Source: an uncultured bacterium
Lineage (GTDB): Bacteria; CSSED10-310; CAZUFC01
Assembly: GCA_964619725.1 (NCBI GenBank)
Contig: CAZUFC010000125.1
Location: 1 to 23,439 of the forward strand
Reading direction: 5' to 3'
DNA: 23,439 bases
The translations under genes and the position numbers were made by a program. This document shows positions 17,680 to 23,439 of the stretch, in pieces. The notes under the pieces were generated by a model, which saw only the letters and a list, made by a program, of their open reading frames with translations, did not search any database and was not told where the DNA came from. Within the stretch, counting starts at the first letter, position 1, and every line of letters begins with the position of its first letter.

Positions 17680-19472
17680 TGGATATGTGCGTTTGGAATA
17701 AATACTGGTTGTGTTTGACTATTTGCTGCTTATGTTTCATTTCAGTTCTTTTACCAATGGCGGCGGATGCAGATGTGAAATTTTTCGATATGCGGTCATT
17801 TTATATTTACGACGTGACGAATTTCATCCGGGAACGGACGGGAATATACGACGTGCAGAATTTGACCGGGTGCAACATGTCGCCGGGAGAAGGAGACGAG
17901 ATGCTTCTGGCGGCAGGTGAAGGTCGTATCGTTGGATTGGATGCGCTTACTTTTTCGAGAATATTTGAATTGAATGAAAGCGATGTACGCGCGCTTTTCG
18001 GGCTGCCTGAAGGAACGGGTTACTTTTCAGTGTTCACCAAGGATTCGGAGACTGTCGACGAGTTGCTTTATTATGACCGGCAGACTGAAGTTTACTGGTC
18101 TATCCATCCCGAAACCGGGCGTATTGGACCATATACGGGAGTCACGTTGCCGGGTGATTTTTGTACCGGTTTCAGCGAAGCTTCTGAAGATGATATCGCG
18201 TTTTTGTATCGCATGGGCGAATCGGGTGATTATGCCTGGAGATTTCGTTCTTTGACGGATTCAAGCGAGCTGGACCTGGACATGCAGCCATTATTTGGAA
18301 TGAACCCGGCATTTGTGACGGAGGTCGAATTATCAGCAGCAGGGCAAACATACCGCTTCCTGGCGGCTTCAAACAGTGCGCAACAAGGCACGCAAACTCC
18401 GACTCCCACACCCTCTCCGACTACTACGCCTGATTCGACTTCATATCCCTTTGCAGCGGTCGTCGCCAATGGATTATCAGAAACGCTCAGCGTCCTGGAT
18501 TGTTCGGTTCCCCGTAATATGGAAACGCATATCGCAGATACAGGGAATGCTCCCAATCAACTTTTGGTAAATAACGGAGTACTTTATTGCATTAATTCAC
18601 GTTCCAACTCAATTACGCTATATGAGCTGCCGTCATTAAGGATGTTAACCGACCGGGAGATTTCGGTGGAAGACGGACGCAACCCTTTTAAAGCAGCATT
18701 CCTGAACGATTCAATTTGTTACGTGACTAATTTTGCCGCAGATTCCGTCTCAGTAGTCAATGTCGACGGCGGTTTCGTACAAAATGAAATCGCTCTGCCC
18801 CACGGCGATGAATTGCCGCGCGATCCCGGCGTTTCCCAAACCTGGGCAAAACCCTGTGGAATTTGCATAGTCAACGACAGGGCTTATGTCGCCTGTACGA
18901 ATCTGAATAATGAATTTATTGCTGGCGGTCCCGGCATAGTATGCGTGATAGACGTTGCGTCTCAATCCGTAATCGATATAATCGAAACGAACGGCAGAGA
19001 TACGGTTGACGTCAGTTGGAATGAAATATATCCGGACAGTCTCTGGATCACCAGCGCGGGCGATTACGTTCCCGGAACGGGATTCATCGGCAACGGAAAC
19101 GTCGACGTTTATTCTTTGTCCGGCAATGAGATCATTCATACCGTGGAATTGAATGAAGCGCCTTTTGAGATGATCATCAGCCCGGCAGGTCGCGCCTATG
19201 TCGGTAATGGAAGGCAGTCCCGGCTTTTACGGTTCAACGTCGAAGGATACGAAATCCTGCCGCCGATCGATATTCCCGGCGGCGGCATTGATGTCGGTTT
19301 CATTTCCGGATTGTCCATAGCCCCGGATGGCCTCCTGTGGATCACGGAATTCAGCTCGGATTCCATTTATATTCTGGATACCAATCAAAACGATGCCTTG
19401 ATCGAAGGCCCCTATATACCCGGACTCGGGCCCGATGCCGTCGTAACTTTCAACTGCTCGGCCGGACAATAA
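17676..19472 (+). CDS. Secreted two-domain protein: unknown N-terminal domain, Pro/Thr linker, YncE/BtuG-like beta-propeller
   Basis: Start overlaps the btuB stop (GTGA/TGATG). Signal peptide ending ADA and a QTPTPTPSPTTTP linker. Propeller repeats VANGLSETLSVLD, TGNAPNQL, YVTNFAADSVSVVN, PCGICIVNDRAYVA and GPDAVV. Confidence 0.8.
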   Translation: MMDMCVWNKYWLCLTICCLCFISVLLPMAADADVKFFDMRSFYIYDVTNFIRERTGIYDVQNLTGCNMSPGEGDEMLLAAGEGRIVGLDALTFSRIFELNESDVRALFGLPEGTGYFSVFTKDSETVDELLYYDRQTEVYWSIHPETGRIGPYTGVTLPGDFCTGFSEASEDDIAFLYRMGESGDYAWRFRSLTDSSELDLDMQPLFGMNPAFVTEVELSAAGQTYRFLAASNSAQQGTQTPTPTPSPTTTPDSTSYPFAAVVANGLSETLSVLDCSVPRNMETHIADTGNAPNQLLVNNGVLYCINSRSNSITLYELPSLRMLTDREISVEDGRNPFKAAFLNDSICYVTNFAADSVSVVNVDGGFVQNEIALPHGDELPRDPGVSQTWAKPCGICIVNDRAYVACTNLNNEFIAGGPGIVCVIDVASQSVIDIIETNGRDTVDVSWNEIYPDSLWITSAGDYVPGTGFIGNGNVDVYSLSGNEIIHTVELNEAPFEMIISPAGRAYVGNGRQSRLLRFNVEGYEILPPIDIPGGGIDVGFISGLSIAPDGLLWITEFSSDSIYILDTNQNDALIEGPYIPGLGPDAVVTFNCSAGQ

Positions 19473-19485
19473 GGAGTTCATTTAA

Positions 19486-20646
19486 ATGAAAGGTTTACCC
19501 TCAAATGGATGCTTCAAAATAAAACATTTTCTTGCTCTTATTTTCTCTCTTTCGCTTTCAACAACGATTTATGCCGACCCTTTCATCGATTCGGTCGCTG
19601 ACGTGCAATACGGATGGGGCGCAGGTTTCGGTCAGAGCGAATTACCGGACATCATTTTAGGTCCTCCCCGGGGATCGGGAGAAACGGGAGGCTCATTGGA
19701 TGTCCTGTCGCTCGGCGACGGCGGCGTTATTACGCTGGAATTCACCGATAATCTTGCATTGAACGGACCGGGACCGGACCTCATCATTTTTGAGAATGCC
19801 TTTTTCATCGCCGGCAACCCGGAAAACGTCTATGTAGAAGCGGCCTTCGTCGAAGTCAGCCAGGACGGCATAAATTTCGTGAGATTCCCCAACGACTACG
19901 ACCCGGAAGGAGAACCTCCCAATCATGCTGATAACTGGACCGGCTTCTCCGGCGTCCAACCCGTGTTTTCCAATCCGGAAAACGACATAGACCCTACTGA
20001 TCCGGATGTCGCCGGAGGAGACCTGTTCGATCTGGATGCGTTGCAGGAAAAAGGAGTTTTTTTCGAAGGGATTAAATATGTAAGAATAATAGATACGGAT
20101 GAACCGCCCAATGCCGCATACGACGACGACGGCGATGAAATATACGATCCCGGAACGCCCACCTACGGAAAATCCGGGTACGACCTGGATGCAATTGCCG
20201 CTGTCCATTCCCTGGAAATTGAAGACCCCATACCCACGCCGACCCCGACAATATTCCCGGAACCTACGTTCACACCCCAGATGCCTGCGGCAACCCCGAC
20301 GCCGATACCCTTCAACGTAGAATTGAATTTGAATAAAAATCGTTTCGAATCGAACGACCCATTCCTCCTTTCCATAAATATTCAAAATTCCGATCAGCAA
20401 CAAAGAATACGATGTTTCATTGTCCTGGAACTGTCAGGTGAATTCTGGTTCTGGCCTAATTGGGAAACGGAAACGGACTGGAGGGAAATCGAAATGGAAC
20501 CGGAGGAAACATGGAGCCGTATTATCCTCGAATTCCAATGGCCGGAAACGGATTTTCAAAACTACACCGCCCTGATATGGGCCGGTTGCCTGACCACGGA
20601 CAACATCCTGCTGGACGATCCCGCCTTTTGCGCCTTCGAATTCTGA
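19486..20646 (+). CDS. Secreted BtuH-like ('cell surface protein') putative cobamide-binding domain, with Pro/Thr linker and conserved C-terminal domain
   Basis: AAGGAG RBS and signal peptide. SLGDGGVITLEF...NGPGPDLIIFENAF...VEVSQDG...GGDLFDL...YVRIID...GYDLDAI resembles B12-operon surface domains. The C-terminal ~110 aa is homologous to the C-terminus of 165-3038. Confidence 0.7.
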   Translation: MKGLPSNGCFKIKHFLALIFSLSLSTTIYADPFIDSVADVQYGWGAGFGQSELPDIILGPPRGSGETGGSLDVLSLGDGGVITLEFTDNLALNGPGPDLIIFENAFFIAGNPENVYVEAAFVEVSQDGINFVRFPNDYDPEGEPPNHADNWTGFSGVQPVFSNPENDIDPTDPDVAGGDLFDLDALQEKGVFFEGIKYVRIIDTDEPPNAAYDDDGDEIYDPGTPTYGKSGYDLDAIAAVHSLEIEDPIPTPTPTIFPEPTFTPQMPAATPTPIPFNVELNLNKNRFESNDPFLLSINIQNSDQQQRIRCFIVLELSGEFWFWPNWETETDWREIEMEPEETWSRIILEFQWPETDFQNYTALIWAGCLTTDNILLDDPAFCAFEF

Positions 20647-20863
20647 AGATACGCCCAGGCCTCGCAAGGGGGCAGAGCCCTGACGGAAGCCTTGTAACAG
20701 GCTAAATATTTTAGAAGTTTTTTTGATCGGATCAACTCTTCTAAAGTTTTCAAAGATCAACTCATCTATACGCAATAAAGCGGGCATCAAAGAATGAAAT
20801 CCGGCTTTCTGTATGCTTATAACATTAAGCTAACCCAACCCGGAGCAGCAAAAGGCGATAACA

Positions 20864-21564
20864 ATGCAAACCCCGAAAACGGCGGCGCCGGGTCAGTACC
20901 TGAAAATCCAGAATTACGTGGTCAACTCTGCACCCGGTGAAACCATCTACAAGCCGCCCCCGGCACACGATGTGCCCATCATGATGGCCGAACTGGCGAA
21001 TTTCCTGAGCAGCGAAGGGGAGACACACCCGGTTTTAGTGAGTGGGATTGCCCAGTTCCAACTGGTCCATATTCATCCCTTTTTGGACGGCAACGGCCGC
21101 ACGTCCCTCCTGCTTTCCACTCTCTATCTTTACCGGGCGGGGTACGACTTCAAGCGGCTGTTCACAATCAGCGAATACTGCGACCGGGATCGACCCGCTT
21201 TTTACCGGGCTATTCAGGGTGTAAGAGAAGCCGACATGGACATGACCGGCCGGCTGGAATTCTTTGTCGATGGCCTGAGCGCCCAGCTTGCCGATGTCAG
21301 GGAGCGCGGCGAGAAGGCCATCCGAAAGGATATGATCATCAAGGAGCATAACCTGTCAGACCGCCAGACCCTGGCCCTTTCCCATATCCTTGTCCATGGT
21401 CGGGTGAGTATCCAGGACTTTGAGCGCCTCAGTTTTCGTGTCAGCCTCCGCACATTGCAAAGAGACCTCAGGGTCATGTGGACAAAAGCCTGATTATCGA
21501 GAGAGCCTCAAGCCCCGCCGATCCGACAAAAATTTACATCCTGGCAGGAAAATTATCCGGTTGA
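20864..21564 (+). pseudogene. Decayed Fic family protein with a C-terminal wHTH
   Basis: Fic motif [12 protein letters not shown] lacks the final Arg. The N-terminal part is missing. There is an apparent 1-nt deletion near 21479 (ATG TG GAC), and the shifted frame continues [27 protein letters not shown] to 21564. Confidence 0.8.
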
Positions 21565-21568
21565 TTTG

Positions 21569-21632
21569 CTGCGTCATGCTGTGACCCCGATCTGTAACAT
21601 ACTATGACAAGGACTGTGACAAGCTGTGACAA
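21569..21632 (+). repeat. Six degenerate CTGTGACAA direct repeats
   Basis: ctgcgtcat, ctgtgaccc, ctgtaacat, ctatgacaa, ctgtgacaa and ctgtgacaa, starting at 21569, 21579, 21592, 21602, 21614 and 21624. Confidence 0.6.
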
Positions 21633-21874
21633 AATATGTGAATACAAGGCAAACCGGAAATGTGACTCAACGCCGTTTTCGCCTCGCCGGTAACAGCCTG
21701 ATCTTTGATAAGGTGGGTGGGTGAGGTGATGGGAATTTCAATTTCATGCCTAACCTCTATATGATATTTCCATTGAGTAATGGATTTTTGAACATTTGCC
21801 GTGATAGAATAATTGCGGAAAGGAATGGGATGTTTTGGATTTTGGTTTTATGAATCGACAAAAAAGGAGATACG

Positions 21875-22141
21875 ATGCCAACTATTTCAATGTTTTTTGG
21901 GATCATAATTCGGATGTATTTTGCTCCAGGCGAACATCCTCCTCCACATTTTCACGCGTATTATAACGAGTTTAAGGCGACAGTGAACATTCACACATGT
22001 GAAATCATCGAAGGAAATCTCCCTGGAAGACAAACCAAGTTCGTCCTGGCATGGGCTGAGCTTCATCAGGAGGAATTGTTGGCCAATTGGCAACTGGTGA
22101 TGAATGGGGAGGAGCCCTTTAAAATACAACCGCTTCGGTAA
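21875..22141 (+). CDS. DUF4160 domain protein (putative toxin of a type II TA-like pair)
   Basis: MPTISMFFGIIIRMYF...EHPPPHFHAYY...LAWAELHQEELLANW is the characteristic DUF4160 sequence. AAGGAG RBS and an extended -10 (TGATAGAAT at 21802-21810). Confidence 0.9.
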   Translation: MPTISMFFGIIIRMYFAPGEHPPPHFHAYYNEFKATVNIHTCEIIEGNLPGRQTKFVLAWAELHQEELLANWQLVMNGEEPFKIQPLR

Positions 22142-22152
22142 GGAGAAATTTA

Positions 22153-22431
22153 ATGTATCCATCGATAAAACAAGTAGTTCCTCGCGATGATTTCACTCTC
22201 TCCATTGTTTTTGAAAACGGCGAGAGCGGTATACTTGATATGAGACCAATACTTGATTTCGGGGTATTCCATCGAATTAAAAAATTGAGTAAATTCAAGC
22301 AAGTGCGGATTGCCTTTGATACAATTTCGTGGGACTGCGGTGTTGATCTCGATCCTGAATATGTTTACGCAAAGTGTAAGGGAAAATCGATTGCCGAACC
22401 ACAGGATGAACCGGACGGCGAAAGCTCTTAA
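22153..22431 (+). CDS. DUF2442 domain protein (partner of DUF4160)
   Basis: IKQVVPRDDFTLSIVFENGESGILDM...GVF...FKQVRI...TISW...DLDPEYVY. AAGGAG RBS. The 3' end runs into the attC-like site. Confidence 0.9.
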   Translation: MYPSIKQVVPRDDFTLSIVFENGESGILDMRPILDFGVFHRIKKLSKFKQVRIAFDTISWDCGVDLDPEYVYAKCKGKSIAEPQDEPDGESS

Positions 22432-22479
22432 CCAAAGGCCGAAACTAAACCTCGCCGCCGGTTATCATAGCAGTTCGGC
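22393..22479 (+). mobile_element. Integron attC-like recombination site
   Basis: R'' GCCGAAC (22393-22399) and R' GTTCGGC (22473-22479) are perfect complements. The left arm GAT[G]AACCGG[A]CGGCGA pairs with the right arm TCGCCGCCGGTTATC, leaving two extrahelical bases. The R-L spacers are unpaired. Confidence 0.75.
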
Positions 22480-22583
22480 GAAAGCTGGAAGAAATTGAGC
22501 CGCTGATTGGCACGGATATTACACGGATGAAATGAATTTGAAACAAGCAGTCGAGACCTTGCGATTCAGTATTACATAGAGAT

Positions 22584-23078
22584 TTATCCCGGAATTTCTC
22601 CGACTGTTTGAAGTACTTTTTCGTATAAGTCGCTGCCGATTCTGAATCCGGCGTTTTTGATTAAAGCATCTATTGCCGGTTTTAGTTCGTCGATGATCAT
22701 CTGCCGTTTCGCCTCTGCAAGTATACCTAATACGCCCACGACATTGAGTCCCAGTCGTAAGGCGACATTTCGCGCAAGTTTTTCATCAATCAGAATTAAT
22801 TCTGCCTTAATTTCTATCGCCAGAGCAATTGCTTCGGCTTCCCCTTCGTCTAATTCAATCCTGAGAGCTTTGAAAAAATTGATATCTCTGACTGGATGAG
22901 ATATGATCCATTCTTCCGATTTAACCTCACTGCTTCCAGGTTGACCGTCTCCTGAAACTGCAATCTCCTGGTACACCGCTTCAGGTATATAAATATTTTC
23001 ATAGAGCTTCTTCAGAATATTTAACTTTCCAACAGCAGCAAGCCCTATTATCGGCGAAGCATCGCCTACGACAATCAT
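22584..23078 (-). CDS. DUF3368 / PIN-domain protein (toxin-like)
   Basis: MIVVGDASPIIGL...IPEAVYQE...LDEGEAEAIALA...LIDEKLAR...GVLGIL...GFRI. The start overlaps the upstream stop (ATGA). Confidence 0.9.
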   Translation of the reverse strand: MIVVGDASPIIGLAAVGKLNILKKLYENIYIPEAVYQEIAVSGDGQPGSSEVKSEEWIISHPVRDINFFKALRIELDEGEAEAIALAIEIKAELILIDEKLARNVALRLGLNVVGVLGILAEAKRQMIIDELKPAIDALIKNAGFRIGSDLYEKVLQTVGEIPG

Positions 23079-23320
23079 ATTCTTTCCAGTTTACGAAGCG
23101 TTTTTAAGTCTTCTTCAAACTCCTTAATGCCATAATGAACTGGTATTCCACGGCTGGACAGGAGATGCTGAAATTGAAATCGGTTCATTCCGGATAACCT
23201 GGCGGCCTGAGCCAAAGTTACTTTCTCTTTCTCGAAAAGCATTACGGCGATTTCCAGCAGAAGTTCATCATGCGACATGCGAGCTGCCCGTAAAATTTCA
23301 TCTGATATTACGACGCTCAT
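23075..23320 (-). CDS. UPF0175 family protein (antitoxin-like HTH)
   Basis: MSVVISDEILRAARMS.DELLLEIAVMLFEKEKVTLAQAARLSGMNRFQFQHLLSSRGIPVHY...EEDLKTL. The ATG at 23320 is preferred over the extended start, which lies inside the palindrome. Confidence 0.9.
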   Translation of the reverse strand: MSVVISDEILRAARMSHDELLLEIAVMLFEKEKVTLAQAARLSGMNRFQFQHLLSSRGIPVHYGIKEFEEDLKTLRKLERI

Positions 23321-23330
23321 TTTTCGACTC

Positions 23331-23384
23331 TCTTTCTGCTCATGGCCTGGTGAAGAATTTTTCACCAGGCCATGAGCAGAAAGA
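23331..23384. repeat. 54-bp near-perfect palindrome
   Basis: 24-bp perfect arms TCTTTCTGCTCATGGCCTGGTGAA / TTCACCAGGCCATGAGCAGAAAGA around GAATTT, which is itself palindromic except for one mismatched pair. Confidence 0.9.
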
Positions 23385-23439
23385 TAACAAAAAAAGAAAA
23401 ATAAGTCAAAGTGAAAAAATTAACGGGAAAACAGCAATT

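Noticed and set aside
19693-20403. 236-aa minus-strand ORF
   Set aside because: Antisense to the BtuH-like gene.
21660-21760. Second attC upstream of DUF4160 (fragments CGCCGGTAAC and GCCTAAC)
   Set aside because: No complementary R and L box pair could be assembled.
22499-22537. CACGGAT short direct repeats after the attC-like site
   Set aside because: Only two exact copies plus degenerate ones, too little to support a feature.
23321-23365. Extended N-terminus of the UPF0175 protein
   Set aside because: It is encoded by the palindrome. The family-like sequence starts at MSVVISDE (23320).

Overview
Bacterial (diderm) genomic DNA of about 48-50% GC by eye, rich in secreted proteins with Pro/Thr linkers. 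In order, it contains: a secreted gingipain-like (C25) peptidase; a stand-alone PMI type II cupin; a Wzx-type flippase; a deiodinase-like selenoprotein that the ORF caller split at an in-frame TGA (GSLT-U-PYC, followed by a SECIS-like hairpin); a divergent NapH/YccM-like 4Fe-4S membrane protein with a small HMA-like partner; a tungsten-type aldehyde:ferredoxin oxidoreductase coupled to a tocopherol-cyclase-like protein; a Gly/Tyr-rich fibre-like protein; a protein with an IPTL-CTERM-like anchor; a cobalamin riboswitch-controlled operon (BtuB, a YncE/BtuG-like propeller, a BtuH-like protein); a decayed Fic gene; a DUF4160/DUF2442 pair ending in an attC-like site; and a UPF0175/DUF3368 pair preceded by a 54-bp near-perfect palindrome. 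Most notable is a ~110-aa C-terminal domain shared by two unrelated secreted proteins (the peptidase and the BtuH-like protein), a candidate undescribed surface-sorting or secretion signal. All family assignments come from motif recognition by eye, not from database searches.
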